Source: an uncultured Gemmatimonadaceae bacterium (GTDB lineage Bacteria > Gemmatimonadota > Gemmatimonadetes > Gemmatimonadales > Gemmatimonadaceae). From it: a stretch of 64,000 nucleotides of DNA. A model generated the notes under the pieces. That model was not told the origin of the DNA, did no database searches, and worked only from the letters and a program-made list of their open reading frames with translations. How positions within the stretch are numbered: the first letter of the stretch is position 1; each line of letters begins with the position of its first letter. A program made the translations under genes and the position numbers. Positions 1-10,522 of this stretch are shown piece by piece. The stretch spans positions 1,184,001 to 1,248,000 of the forward strand of contig CAVXGK010000002.1 of the NCBI GenBank assembly GCA_963761305.1. The letters are read 5' to 3'.

Positions 1-776
1 GCCACCGCGCGCCACTTGGGATCGCTATGGAGCGATGGCGTGGCGGCGGGGCTCGTCAACACGTAGTCGGGATTTCGTTTCGCCACGTCCTCGAGGGTCA
101 CGACGGCGGATGGAGTCGCGATGTCTTCATATATGTTCCGCGCGCCCGAGATTCCGAGCAACTGGCTGAGGAAGCTTCCGCCGCCGATGGCGATGAGCGG
201 GCGATCCCACGTCGGAATGAAGACAGTCGGATGCGGCAGGTCCTTGGTGGCGGCTTGCACGAGCGCGAGAGTCTCGGAGACCGAATCGACCAGCGCGTAA
301 GCCGCCGCCGAATCGCCGGTCAGCCGGCCGAGGAGTCGCGTGTCGCGCTCGAACTGCGCGATGCTGTCGATCTTGAGCGAGAGTGTGCGCACGCCGCCCT
401 GGCGGAATCGCTGCGCGGCGTCGCGGTTGTCGTTGCCGGCGTAGAGAATCACCAAATCGGGATGGACCGCCAGCACGGCTTCGATGTTCGGGCGAATCGA
501 CACACCGACGTCGGTCACGGCGCGCGCGGCGTCGGGAAACACGTCGTACGTCGAGCGGCCGGCGAGGCGATTCCCGGCGCCGATGGCGAAGAGGATTTCC
601 GTCGTCGTCGGGTTGAGCGAGACGATGCGTGCCGGCCGGTGCGCTGCGTCGACGACGATCGTGTCGCCGAAGTCGTCGCGTTCGGCGGTGATCGCGGCGC
701 GAGCGGACGGCGCGGAGCCGCCGCAGGCGAGCGTGACGACGAGGACCAGCAGTGGAGGCCAGTGCGTGCGGTGCAT
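1..776 (-). CDS. BtuF-like ABC transporter substrate-binding lipoprotein (cobalamin/Fe-siderophore helical-backbone family); 3' end runs off the window
   Basis: Hand-translated, not in the ORF track: MHRTHWPPLLVLVVTLACGG...DDFGDTIVV...PARIVSLNPTTTEILFAIGAG...RPNIEAVLAVHPDLVI. Lipobox LAC; RIVSL and PNIE...PDLV motifs typical of the family. Confidence 0.85.
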   Translation of the reverse strand, partial: MHRTHWPPLLVLVVTLACGGSAPSARAAITAERDDFGDTIVVDAAHRPARIVSLNPTTTEILFAIGAGNRLAGRSTYDVFPDAARAVTDVGVSIRPNIEAVLAVHPDLVILYAGNDNRDAAQRFRQGGVRTLSLKIDSIAQFERDTRLLGRLTGDSAAAYALVDSVSETLALVQAATKDLPHPTVFIPTWDRPLIAIGGGSFLSQLLGISGARNIYEDIATPSAVVTLEDVAKRNPDYVLTSPAATPSLHSDPKWRAV

Positions 777-786
777 TCGCTGTGAG

Positions 787-1932
787 CTAGCGCGTGCCGC
801 GTTCATCGGCCAGCGCGTCGGCCAACTGTCGTTTGAGATCGGCGCGGAGGGCATCGTACGTCTTGCGCTCGGCTTCGGTATGCGTCGCGTGCCTCTCGAA
901 CGCTTCGTCCATTTCGGCGATCTGGCGCGCGAGCAGCGCTGACTGCGTCACGTCCGCGACCGGCGGCGCGCTCGGGCGAGCAGACGCCGGGCGGAGCGAA
1001 CGTCTTGTGGCGAACAACAGCGCGACGAGCATCGCCACGGCGATCGCGACGCCGACGCCGAGGTCGACGCGTTGAGGCGCAGGCCCGCCGGGAGCCGGCA
1101 CGTCGATCCGCACGACCGCTTTCGCGTCGAGATCCTCGGCGAGAAAACGCCGGAACGTGCGGCCCTCGGCGTTCACCGGCGGCACCTCGCGAATATGCGG
1201 CGCGGCAACGCGCGCACGCGGGTCCTCGACCATGATCTCGAGCAGGCCGGTCGGGCGTTCGATCGGCACGACGAGCGGAAACGCGCTCGTCGGCAAGTCG
1301 TACGAGAACGCGACCTGCCGAAAGCCCGGGCTCAACGGCGCGTAGAGTCCCACCACGCCGCCACGAAAGGTCATGGCGCCCGCGGCGATCGTTCCACCGG
1401 CATTCGTCCGCGCGCCCTGCGCCGCGGCGGGAATGTGCGCGGACCACAAGGGCGACACGCTGTCGCGCGACACCAGCGTGACCGTGCTGTCGTTTTGAAG
1501 ATCATAAACTTCGCCGACTGGCCGCGTGCCGCCGGGGCCGGGCGCCGCGACGATGATGTGCCGGCCGCCGACTTCAATCGACACCGGGCCGGACGTCGTG
1601 TCGAACACGACGAGGCGCGCGTCGTCGCCGGAGGCGTTCGCCACACGGAGCGGCGCCGTGAAGTACGCGATGCCTTCGTACTGCGTCGACGTGAAGTACA
1701 GCGCCGACGTGTCGCCGCTCGCTCGGTATCGTATCGCGTACGCGCCGCTCGCGGACGTGCGGACCGAGTCGAGCGGACCGGAATGATCGGGACCGACGCG
1801 ATGCAGCACGACCCACTGTCCGGCGATCGGCGCCTGGCCGGAGCGCGCGCCGCGCACGACGACGCCGTCGACTCGCCGAGCGGCGTCGCCTGGTCCCGGC
1901 CCTCCGCCCTGCGTCGGATCCGTTCCGATCAC
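787..1932 (-). CDS. Hypothetical membrane-anchored protein (beta-rich N-terminal region, one C-terminal TM helix, helical tail)
   Basis: 381-aa ORF overlapping the DUF151 stop (GTGA); TM segment LGVGVAIAVAMLVALLFA; tail LARQIAEMDEAFE...YDALRADLKRQL. Confidence 0.7.
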   Translation of the reverse strand: MIGTDPTQGGGPGPGDAARRVDGVVVRGARSGQAPIAGQWVVLHRVGPDHSGPLDSVRTSASGAYAIRYRASGDTSALYFTSTQYEGIAYFTAPLRVANASGDDARLVVFDTTSGPVSIEVGGRHIIVAAPGPGGTRPVGEVYDLQNDSTVTLVSRDSVSPLWSAHIPAAAQGARTNAGGTIAAGAMTFRGGVVGLYAPLSPGFRQVAFSYDLPTSAFPLVVPIERPTGLLEIMVEDPRARVAAPHIREVPPVNAEGRTFRRFLAEDLDAKAVVRIDVPAPGGPAPQRVDLGVGVAIAVAMLVALLFATRRSLRPASARPSAPPVADVTQSALLARQIAEMDEAFERHATHTEAERKTYDALRADLKRQLADALADERGTR

Positions 1933-2456
1933 GGATTGAACTTGCCGAAATCCTCAGGACGAAGCTGCTCGAGATATTCCTTGAGCTGTTCGGCGCTCAA
2001 CTCCGTCGAATCGCGTGCGCCGGATTCACTGGGCAAGCTGAACGACTCGCCGCCCTCGTCTTCCTCTTCCGCGGCGACGAGCAGCGTGTCGGACGCATAG
2101 ATCGGCGCGTCGAGCCGCAATGCGATGGCGATCGCGTCGGACGGACGCGAATCGACGCGCAGCGACTTGCCGTCGCGATCGAGGTGCAGCTCGCCGAAGT
2201 ACGTGTTGCTCTCGACCTTGGTGATTTGCACGCGGCGCAGCTCAGAACCGGTCGCGAGAATGATCGATTTGCAGAGGTCGTGCGTGAGCGGCCGACTTCG
2301 CTTCATGTTGTGCATCTGCATGACGATCGACTCGGCCTCGACCTGTCCGATCCAGATCGGCAGCATGCGCCCGCCGCCCTTCTCCTGGAGGACGACCACG
2401 TACGACTGATTGCCCGGGTCGACGCCGAGCTTGGACACCACCACTTCGATCATCAT
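1929..2456 (-). CDS. Bifunctional nuclease family protein (DUF151/BFN)
   Basis: Motifs LPIWIGQVEAESI, RPLTHDL, DSRPSDAIAIALR. Confidence 0.92.
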   Translation of the reverse strand: MMIEVVVSKLGVDPGNQSYVVVLQEKGGGRMLPIWIGQVEAESIVMQMHNMKRSRPLTHDLCKSIILATGSELRRVQITKVESNTYFGELHLDRDGKSLRVDSRPSDAIAIALRLDAPIYASDTLLVAAEEEDEGGESFSLPSESGARDSTELSAEQLKEYLEQLRPEDFGKFNP

Positions 2457-2481
2457 CTCTCAGGCAAGATACTCAGTCGAA

Positions 2482-3654
2482 TCAGCGAACGGCGCGGGCC
2501 AGTCTAGCGGCGCGATCGGTTCGTTCCCATGTGAAAAGCGTGCGGGCTGAACGTCCGCGCCCGACACGCTCCGGCGTGCGGCCGAAGTGTCCGTACGCCG
2601 ACGTGGCGCTGTAGATCGGCTTCCGCAGATCGAGGGCGGCCATGATTCCGCGCGGCGTGAGGTCGAATTCGTCCTCGACGGCGCGCATGATTTTACTTTC
2701 CGGCACGCTGGACGTTCCGAACGTGTCGACGGCCACCGAAACGGGCTTCGCCACGCCGATCGCGTAAGCGAGCTGGACTTCGCAGCGCTTGGCGAGACCC
2801 GCCGCTACGATGTTCTTGGCGACCCATCGCGCGGCGTAGCACGCGGAACGATCGACCTTGGACGGGTCCTTGCCGCTGAACGCGCCGCCGCCGTGCCGGC
2901 CCATCCCGCCATACGTATCGACGATGATCTTGCGGCCGGTGAGACCCGCGTCGCCTTGCGGTCCGCCGATCACGAAGCGGCCGGTCGGATTGATATGATA
3001 GGTGATCTTGCCACTGCGCAGCTCCTTGGGAATCGCGGGCTCGATCACCTGCTCGATGATCGCCTTGCGAATCTCGCGCGCCGAAACGTGGGGCGCGTGC
3101 TGCGTCGACACGACGACGGTGTCCACGGCGATAGGAAGATTGTCTTCGTAGGCCACGGTGACCTGGGCTTTGCCGTCGGGACGCAGCCAGGCTATGTGTC
3201 CGGACTTCCGGAGTTCGGCGAGACCGCGCGTGAGACGGTGCGCGAGAACGATCGGCATCGGCATCAGCTCGTCGGTCTCGTCGCTCGCGTAGCCGAACAT
3301 CATCCCCTGGTCGCCGGCACCGCCGGTGTCGACGCCCATCGCGATGTCGGGCGACTGACGGTCGATCGTGCTCATCACGGCGCACGTCTTCGCGTCGAAT
3401 CCGAACGAAGGATCGGTGTAGCCGATGCGGGCGATCGTCTCGCGCACGACGTCGGGCACGTGCACGTAGGTGGACGTCGTGATCTCGCCGGCGACGCAGG
3501 CGAGCCCCGTCGTGACGAGCGTTTCGCAGGCGACTCGCGCGGTGGGGTCGTCGGTGAGAATCGCATCGAGGATCGCGTCGGAGATCGCGTCGGCAACCTT
3601 GTCCGGATGCCCCTCGGTGACCGACTCGGACGTGAACAGCCGTCGATCGGACAT
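2482..3654 (-). CDS. metK: S-adenosylmethionine synthetase
   Basis: [19 protein letters not shown] and GGGAFSGKD signatures. Confidence 0.98.
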   Translation of the reverse strand: MSDRRLFTSESVTEGHPDKVADAISDAILDAILTDDPTARVACETLVTTGLACVAGEITTSTYVHVPDVVRETIARIGYTDPSFGFDAKTCAVMSTIDRQSPDIAMGVDTGGAGDQGMMFGYASDETDELMPMPIVLAHRLTRGLAELRKSGHIAWLRPDGKAQVTVAYEDNLPIAVDTVVVSTQHAPHVSAREIRKAIIEQVIEPAIPKELRSGKITYHINPTGRFVIGGPQGDAGLTGRKIIVDTYGGMGRHGGGAFSGKDPSKVDRSACYAARWVAKNIVAAGLAKRCEVQLAYAIGVAKPVSVAVDTFGTSSVPESKIMRAVEDEFDLTPRGIMAALDLRKPIYSATSAYGHFGRTPERVGRGRSARTLFTWERTDRAARLARAVR

Positions 3655-3659
3655 CTGTC

Positions 3660-5420
3660 TCAGACGGACTCGCGAAGCGCGGCGTCGCGGCCAAGCACGA
3701 CGCCGAGCTTCTCGCGGAGGATCGCTTCCGATTCAGCGGCAGTCGACGCGGCGGCCGCGGCGGTCGCCGCTTCGTGCGCCGCGGCGACCGAGATCTTGCG
3801 CACGATCCGCTTCACGAGCGGCACTGAGCGCGGCGCCACGCTCAGTTGGCGAACGCCGAGTCCGATGAGCGCGAACGCCATGAGCGGTTGCGACGCCATC
3901 TCGCCGCAGACGGCGCTGTCGAGGAGATGCTGATCGGCGGTGAAGATCGTGCGGCGAATCAGACGCAGCACCGCCGGATGCAGCGGCGTGAATCGCGTCG
4001 CGAGATTCGCGTTGCCGCGGTCGACGGCGAGCGTGTACTGCACGAGGTCGTTCGTGCCGATGCTGAAGAACGCGACGTCGTCGACGAACGTGTTGCAGGC
4101 GATCGCCGCCGCCGGCGTCTCGATCATCACGCCGAGCGGCACGTCGCGCCGGAACTCGGCGCCGCGCGCCTCGAGCTCGGCCGCGGCGGCGTCGAGCAGC
4201 TTGCGCGCCTGGCGGACTTCGTCGACGGTGACGACGAGCGGCAGCATGATGCGGACGTCGCCGTGCACCGCGGCGCGCAACAGCGCGCGCAACTGCACGC
4301 TGAACAATTCCGGCTGGTCGAGGCACATCCGGATGGCGCGCCACCCGAGGAAGGGATTCGGCTCGCTCGGGAATCCGCCGACCGGCAGCTTGTCGCCGCC
4401 GATGTCGAACGTGCGAATGACGACCGGCTTGCCGCCGAAGGCCTCGACCACGCGCTTGTAGGCGCGATACTGCTCGTCCTCGTCGGGCATCGTCGCGCGG
4501 CCGACGACGAGAAACTCCGTGCGCATGAGACCCACGCCCTCGGCGCCGCTCGTCGCGCCGAGATCCGCCTCTTCGGGCAGATCCACGTTCGCGCGCAGCG
4601 TGATGCGGACGCCGTCGGTCGTCACCGCGTCGAGCGACGCGAGGTGGCGCAGCTCGACCTCGGCGAGCGCTTCCTGGCGAGCGCGCTCCTTGTACTGATC
4701 GATCTCGAAGTGCGTCGGGTTGATCCCGAGCAAGCCGGTCGAGCCGTCGAGAATCGCCGTCTCGTGTCCGCTCAACTGTTGCGTCGCGGTGCGCATGCCG
4801 ACGATCGCCGGCAGCCCGAGCGAGCGCGCGAGAATCGCCACGTGCGACGTCCGGGTGCCCGCGTCAGTCGCGAGGCCGGCGATCGCGTCGCGATCGAGCT
4901 GTACGGTGAGGCTCGGCGTGAGGTCGTGCGTGACGAGGATCGCGTTCGCGCCTTTCGGCAGGTCGACCGGGTCGTGGTCGGGGAGGTCGAGCAAGAGCGT
5001 GAGCACGCGGATCTCGACGTCCTTGAGATCTCCGACGCGCTCGCGCAGCATCGGATGACCGGCGCGCGCAAACCGTTCTCGCCACTCGAGCATCACGATC
5101 TCGAACGCCTTTTCGGCGGCGAGATTCTGCTTGATCAAGGCTTCGGATCCGGCGATCAGCTCGCGGTCGTCGAGGATCTCGCGTTGCACGTCGAAGATCG
5201 CCGCCTCCTGCGGGCCGGCCGTACGCTCGACGCGGTCGCGGATCGTCGCCAGGCGTTCCTTCGCTTTCGTGCGCGCTTCGTGCAGCCGGGCGATCTCACG
5301 CGGAATCGCGTCGTCGGAAATGATTCGCTGCGGCACCTCGGGCACCTCCCAGCGGAGGAGGTGCACGGTGCCGACGGCGATGCCCGGCGACGCGGGAACT
5401 CCGGTGAGCTTTCGATCCAC
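3660..5420 (-). CDS. ptsI: PTS enzyme I (PEP-protein phosphotransferase)
   Basis: [13 protein letters not shown] phospho-His motif, [35 protein letters not shown]. Confidence 0.97.
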   Translation of the reverse strand: MDRKLTGVPASPGIAVGTVHLLRWEVPEVPQRIISDDAIPREIARLHEARTKAKERLATIRDRVERTAGPQEAAIFDVQREILDDRELIAGSEALIKQNLAAEKAFEIVMLEWRERFARAGHPMLRERVGDLKDVEIRVLTLLLDLPDHDPVDLPKGANAILVTHDLTPSLTVQLDRDAIAGLATDAGTRTSHVAILARSLGLPAIVGMRTATQQLSGHETAILDGSTGLLGINPTHFEIDQYKERARQEALAEVELRHLASLDAVTTDGVRITLRANVDLPEEADLGATSGAEGVGLMRTEFLVVGRATMPDEDEQYRAYKRVVEAFGGKPVVIRTFDIGGDKLPVGGFPSEPNPFLGWRAIRMCLDQPELFSVQLRALLRAAVHGDVRIMLPLVVTVDEVRQARKLLDAAAAELEARGAEFRRDVPLGVMIETPAAAIACNTFVDDVAFFSIGTNDLVQYTLAVDRGNANLATRFTPLHPAVLRLIRRTIFTADQHLLDSAVCGEMASQPLMAFALIGLGVRQLSVAPRSVPLVKRIVRKISVAAAHEAATAAAAASTAAESEAILREKLGVVLGRDAALRESV

Positions 5421-5687
5421 TCAGCTCTCCCCGAACTTGTTGCTGACGAGGGTTGCCAGCGCGTCGAGCGCCTGCGGCGCGTCCGGTCCTTCCGCGCGGA
5501 GCGTGATGCTCGACCCGTGCTCGGCGGCCAGCATCATGACGCCCATGATGCTCTTGCCGTTCACGTCGAGATCGTCCTTCACGATCGTGATCTCGCTCTG
5601 AAACTTCGAGGCGAGCTTCACGATCTCGGCCGCGGGTCGGGCGTGCAATCCGTTGCGGTTGACGATCTGAACCGTGCGTTCGGGCAT
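5421..5687 (-). CDS. ptsH: Phosphocarrier protein HPr
   Basis: 88 aa from ATG at 5687: MPERTVQIVNRNGLHARPAA (His15) and NGKSIMGVMML (Ser46). Confidence 0.96.
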   Translation of the reverse strand: MPERTVQIVNRNGLHARPAAEIVKLASKFQSEITIVKDDLDVNGKSIMGVMMLAAEHGSSITLRAEGPDAPQALDALATLVSNKFGES

Positions 5688-6469
5688 TAGCCGATCACCG
5701 AGACGAGGACGAAAGCAGCGAGCACGCCGAGCGAGAGCCTCCAGCCTTCGATGCGACCCTTCAGGCGGACGACGACGAGCGCGCCGAGCGCGACCGCCAC
5801 CAACACGACGCCGAGCAGATTGCGGCCTGGACCAATGATCCTGCCGAGCGATAGCGGAATCGCGATACCCGTGGCGAGCGCGGCCAACCGTCCAATCTGC
5901 TCCGGTCCACGGCGCAAGACGGGGTTCCCGAGCGCGGATGCCACCCGCAACCCGTGTTTCCAGCCCGTGCGCAGCCCCCATGCGCGCAGACTGAGGTGTC
6001 CCGCGTTGTAGACGAGCAGAAAGAATCCGACGACGACCGGGGCGCTCGCCCCCAGTCCAAAGATGGCGAGCGACGCAAGCGAGCAGAACGGAAGCCACCC
6101 CGCCCAGACCAGTCGGTCGCCGACGCTGCCGAGCGGGCCGCACAACGCCGTTCGAAACCGCTCGATCCGTTGCGGCGGTTCGCCATCGAGCTCGGCACGG
6201 GCGAGCGCGCCGACGGCGACCGACGCGAGATACGGATGCGCGTTGAAGTACTGGCTCTCGCGGGCCAGCGCCGTCTTGAAGCGATCCGAGTGAATGCCTT
6301 CGGGAAAGAGCCGCAGCGCGGGCTCGACGCAAAACCCGACGCCGTTGCCGAGCAAACTCTCATAGTTCCACGAGCCCTGGATCGCGAGCAGACGCACGAA
6401 GATCGCCAAGCGCGTCTTGAACGGCAGCTCGGCGATCGGTCCAGGCGGCGTCTGGGAGGTCGCGGTCAT
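5687..6469 (-). CDS. PTS mannose/fructose/sorbose family EIID
   Basis: Start ATG 6469; QGSWNYE, YFNAHPY, LCGPLGSVGDRLVW motifs. Confidence 0.92.
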   Translation of the reverse strand: MTATSQTPPGPIAELPFKTRLAIFVRLLAIQGSWNYESLLGNGVGFCVEPALRLFPEGIHSDRFKTALARESQYFNAHPYLASVAVGALARAELDGEPPQRIERFRTALCGPLGSVGDRLVWAGWLPFCSLASLAIFGLGASAPVVVGFFLLVYNAGHLSLRAWGLRTGWKHGLRVASALGNPVLRRGPEQIGRLAALATGIAIPLSLGRIIGPGRNLLGVVLVAVALGALVVVRLKGRIEGWRLSLGVLAAFVLVSVIG

Positions 6470-7149
6470 TTCGCGAACAGGATGACGAGACCGAGCGCGA
6501 GCCCGCCGACGAAAAACCAGCGCGCGCCGCGGGTCGAGTGAAACAGCTTCCACGCCGCGCCGGCGGCGACGCTCGACACCGTGGCGACGACGAGTGCGCG
6601 CGAGAGTCGCGCGTCCATCGTCCAGAGACCGATCGTCGCGTTGGCCACCGGCGAGAGAATCGCGAACGCGACGAAGGTGAGCAGCATGCCGCGCACGAGA
6701 TCCGCCGTGAGCCCCATGAGCTGGAGCGACATCACGCTGCCGCGCGCGCCGGCCTCCAGTCCCTCGCGCTTCGACCGCGCCCACACCGCGTTGAGCTGCC
6801 GGAGCTTGACCATCGTCCAGCCGCCGACCCACGTCGTGGCCAGCGCGCCGAGCATCGCGATCGTCATCGCGCCGGGCGGATGCGACGGATGCGACGCGAA
6901 GATCGCTCCGCCGACGACCGCTGCCGATCCCCACTCGGGATAGCGCGACGCGCCGAACGGCAGCGTCTCGAGCGCGACCAGCTCGAGCGCCGCGCCGATC
7001 AACAATCCGCTCGCCGGCTGTCCCACGAGCACGCCGGCGAGCGTCGCCGCGACGAGCGGGCGCGAGATCATCGCCTGCGGAAAGCTCACGACGTCCAACC
7101 CGAGGACGCCGCCGAGCAGCGCGATCGGCAGGAGCTCGACGACGCTCAC
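6466..7149 (-). CDS. PTS mannose/fructose/sorbose family EIIC
   Basis: Start GTG 7149; hydrophobic; QAMISRPLVAATLAG...GAALEL...PFGA motif; lies between IIB and IID. Confidence 0.9.
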   Translation of the reverse strand: MSVVELLPIALLGGVLGLDVVSFPQAMISRPLVAATLAGVLVGQPASGLLIGAALELVALETLPFGASRYPEWGSAAVVGGAIFASHPSHPPGAMTIAMLGALATTWVGGWTMVKLRQLNAVWARSKREGLEAGARGSVMSLQLMGLTADLVRGMLLTFVAFAILSPVANATIGLWTMDARLSRALVVATVSSVAAGAAWKLFHSTRGARWFFVGGLALGLVILFAK

Positions 7150-7631
7150 AAGTCGTGTCCATTGAGCAAGTCGTCGAGCGGAACGGAGCGCGCGCCGGGC
7201 AGGTCCTGCGCCGTGACCTTCACTCCGCGCGCCGCCAACGCGCGAAGCTCGGCGGCTTCGTCGGGCGAAAGAAACACGTAGCGAAGCTTCTGCTCTCGCC
7301 CGGGTTTCGAATGAATGCCGCCGACGTTCACCGCGCCGAGCGCGACGGTTTTGGCGAGCCGTTGCATCGTCGCGATGTCGCCGGTGAGCAGCAGGCCGGT
7401 GCGCGGATCGGAGCGATAGCTCGCGATGCGCGCCGCCGCGCCGCCGACGTCGTGAAAGTAGACGTCCATCTCGGGCGGCACACCCATGCGATACAGCTCT
7501 TGCTCCCAGTCGCTCGTCGCAACGCCGTCGTCGACGAGCACGATGAACTTGAGGCCGAGCGGCTGGCCCCAACCGACGACGACCTGCCCGTGGATCAAGC
7601 GGTCGTCGATGCGAAAGAGCTCGAGCGTCAC
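7146..7631 (-). CDS. PTS mannose/sorbose family EIIB
   Basis: RIDDRLIHGQV phospho-His motif; VNVGG. Confidence 0.95.
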   Translation of the reverse strand: MTLELFRIDDRLIHGQVVVGWGQPLGLKFIVLVDDGVATSDWEQELYRMGVPPEMDVYFHDVGGAAARIASYRSDPRTGLLLTGDIATMQRLAKTVALGAVNVGGIHSKPGREQKLRYVFLSPDEAAELRALAARGVKVTAQDLPGARSVPLDDLLNGHDL

Positions 7632-8038
7632 TTCGGGGCCCCGCCGCCAACCGCGGTGATCGATGCCTTCCCCCGCTCCGCCGCGTGACGCGCCGCTTCC
7701 ACCGGCGGCACGGTGTCGGCGAAAACGAAGTCGAGCAGCGTCGGCAGGTTGACGCCGGCGACGAGCACGGCGTCGTCCATGCCGCGCAGAATCCGGCGCG
7801 ACGCCATCGTGCAGCTGCCGGCCTGGAGATCCGTGAAGATCACGCGCACGCCGGCGTCGATCATCTCCTTGCGCAGCAGCGCCTCGATGTCCTCGACGCC
7901 GAGCTGTTTCACGGAGATTGGCACCAGCAACGCGCCGCGCCCGGAGATCTGCTCGACCGCGGAGATCAACCCGGCGGCAAAATCGCCGTGACCGGCGACG
8001 ATGGCCCGAGGGCGGGAGCCGGAGACGTCGCTACTCAT
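7628..8038 (-). CDS. PTS mannose family EIIA
   Basis: IVAGHGDFAAGL, FTDLQAGS and GVNLPTLL motifs. Confidence 0.9.
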   Translation of the reverse strand: MSSDVSGSRPRAIVAGHGDFAAGLISAVEQISGRGALLVPISVKQLGVEDIEALLRKEMIDAGVRVIFTDLQAGSCTMASRRILRGMDDAVLVAGVNLPTLLDFVFADTVPPVEAARHAAERGKASITAVGGGAPK

Positions 8039-8999
8039 CGTCTTCCTGAAGATAGTGCTGGACCTCGGAGCTGCGGCGGAGCTGCTTCACCAGCCGCTCG
8101 TTGAAACGCTTGGCCGGGTCGACGCCGCTGTACTTGAGCAGGTGATTCATCGCGATGACCTCCGCGATGACGGTGATGTTCTTTCCCGGGTTGAGCGGCA
8201 CGCGCATCTTCGGCAGCTCGACGTCGAGGATGGTCGTGGTCTCGGTGTCGAGGCCGGTGCGGTCGGGCGGGTCGCCGTGGTCCCAGTGCTCGAGCTGCAC
8301 CACGACTTCGATGCGCTTCTGCTGACGCACGGCGCGCATGCCGAACAACGACGGAATGTCGATCAGCCCGACGCCGCGAATCTCCATGTGGTGCTTCTGC
8401 AGCTCGTGGCCGCGCCCGACGATGATGTTGCGCCCGCGGCGTTTCGCGATGACGAGATCGTCGGCCACAAGGCGGTGTCCGCGCTCGACGAGATCCAGCA
8501 CGCACTCGGACTTGCCGATGCCGCTCTTGCCGATGAACAGCAGCCCGACGCCGAAGACGTCGGCGAGCGACGCGTGCAGGTTGGTCGTCGGCGCGAATTC
8601 GTCTTCGAGCCACGGCTTGAGCCGGTTGTAGAACTCGTCGGTCTTGAGGTGCGAGCGAATGAGCGCCACGCCCGATGCGGCGGCGAGGTCGAGCAGATCC
8701 GGACCAGGCTCCTGCCCTTTCGTGATGAACACGCACGGAATCGGGAAGGAGAAAAACTTGCGCAGGTTCTCCTGGCGGACCGCCGGGTCCAGCGACTTGA
8801 GAAACGTGATCTCGGTCTCGCCGAACACCTGCAATCGCTGCGCGGGAAACCTCGCCGTGTAGCCGGCAAGCACGAGCCCGGGACTCGACGCGTTCGGATT
8901 CTCGATCACCCGATCGAGTCCGTCCGTTCCGTCGACGTGCTCGAGCTCGAGCGTGTCCTTGAGGCGCTCGAGCAGCCGCCCGACCGTGAGGGGCTTCAT
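8031..8999 (-). CDS. hprK: HPr(Ser) kinase/phosphorylase
   Basis: True start ATG 8999 (MKPLTVGRLL); Walker A GKSGIGKSE; LVADD; MEIRGVGLIDI. Confidence 0.96.
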   Translation of the reverse strand: MKPLTVGRLLERLKDTLELEHVDGTDGLDRVIENPNASSPGLVLAGYTARFPAQRLQVFGETEITFLKSLDPAVRQENLRKFFSFPIPCVFITKGQEPGPDLLDLAAASGVALIRSHLKTDEFYNRLKPWLEDEFAPTTNLHASLADVFGVGLLFIGKSGIGKSECVLDLVERGHRLVADDLVIAKRRGRNIIVGRGHELQKHHMEIRGVGLIDIPSLFGMRAVRQQKRIEVVVQLEHWDHGDPPDRTGLDTETTTILDVELPKMRVPLNPGKNITVIAEVIAMNHLLKYSGVDPAKRFNERLVKQLRRSSEVQHYLQEDDE

Positions 9000-10102
9000 C
9001 GCGCTCCGCCCGCGATCACGCGCTGGAGATGGGCCTCGGTCTGATCCGCGGCGCGCTCCCAGGTGAAGCTTTCGGCGAAGACGCGCGCTTCGGCGCCAAG
9101 GCGTTCGAGCAATTCGTGCGACTGGGCGATCCGCCGCATGCCCGCGGCCATCGCGGACACGTCGCCGTGCGGCACGAGAAAGCCCGTGTCGTCCGTCGCG
9201 CACCGACTCGCGGATTCCCGGCGAGTTCGACGCGACGACCGGCGTAGCGCAGGCCGCGGCCTCGAGGTTCGTGATTCCCCAGCCCTCCTTTGGAGACGCA
9301 AACACCAGCGCCCAGGCGCGTCGCAACAGCGAGAGCTTTTCCGCCTCGCTGATTCGCCCAAGAAACTTCACGCGTTGGCCGAGGTCAAGCGAGCGCGCGA
9401 GAGCCTCGAGGTCGGGGCGATAGTCGCCGGCGCCCGCGATCTCCAGCACCGCGTCGGGGACGTTGAGCTGCGCGAACGCACGAATCACGAGATGCACGCC
9501 CTTGTAATTCTTGAGCCGTCCGAGGTACGCGAACACCGGCGTGCGCGAGCGCACCGACGCGTCCGGCGTGTAGCCGACCGTGTCGACGCCGGGGTAGATC
9601 ACCTCGATCAACGAACGCGCGATGCCGCGCCCATGCAAATCGTCGGCGGTGCTTTCGCTGATCGCCTGGAACGGCACGTCGCGGTACATGCGTCCCAGCG
9701 GGCGCTCGGCGGTCCAGACCGCGGCGGCGAGCGGCGCCGGCAGCTCGTGAAACGCGGTCGATCCGAAGAGATGCGGCACGAGCGCCATCGTGCGCTGGGC
9801 GCCCCAGCGCGGCGTGTACAGCGGGACCTTGTTGATGTCCTCGACCAGTATGTCGGCCGAATTCGCGAAGTGCCGCGTGTAGTGGCGGTGCGCGAGGAAT
9901 GGAAAGCTGTGGCGCGTGCCGACGCGATTCACATCGATGCCGTCGAGCGCTGCGCGCGGCGGACATCCCGGCCATCCGCCGCAGAGCAGCGAATCTCGTG
10001 TCCCTTGAGCGCGAGACGCCCGAAGATCTCGTGCAGGTGGATCTCGGCGCCGCCGGCTTGCGGATTCTCACGATCCTGCCAGTTGACGACGAGGACGCGC
10101 AC
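8996..10102 (-). CDS. Glycosyltransferase family 4 (GT-B fold), split by two single-base indels in this sequence
   Basis: GTG 10102 VRVLVVNWQDRENPQAGGAE...; frame change near 9991; YLGRLKNYKG and EGWGITNLEA (EX7E); frame change near 9192; then TGFLVPHGD...FTWERAA to stop. Confidence 0.85.
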
Positions 10103-10522
10103 TACATGCGCCCCATGCGCCGCGCCAGCGCGTCGAGGACGCCGTTCACGAACTTCGCGCTCCGGCGCGGACCCGTATCGCTCGGCGAGGTGCACCGACT
10201 CCTGAATCACCACGCGCGGCGGCGTCTCGCCGCGATCCAGCTCCGCGGCGGCGAGTCGCAGCACGCAGCGTTCGACGACGCCCAGCCGCTCGAGGCGCCA
10301 GTTGGTGGTGACGTCGGCGAGCTCGGCGTCGAGGGCCGATCCGCGGCGCGACAGCTCGTCGACGAGCGGACGGGCGAACTGACGCTCGTCGGCCGGGACG
10401 GCGAGGTCGTCCCAGATGCGGCTCGCGACGCGCTCGAGCGACTCGTTCGCCCGAACATCCCACGCGTAGAGCGCTTGCAGCGCGCGCGCGCGTGCGCGCG
10501 TCTCAACCCTCGTCCGCGGCAT
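10102..10522 (-). CDS. nusB: Transcription antitermination factor NusB, with an apparent 1-base insertion near 10163
   Basis: RARARALQALYAWD, NWRLERLGVVERCVLR, PPRVVIQESVHLAERYG; SAKFVNGVLD continues in another frame; follows ribH. Confidence 0.9.

Noticed and set aside
8031..9932. 633-aa glycosyltransferase-HprK fusion
   Set aside because: Artefact of the indel near 9192; the true GT4 C-terminus is in another frame and hprK has its own ATG at 8999.
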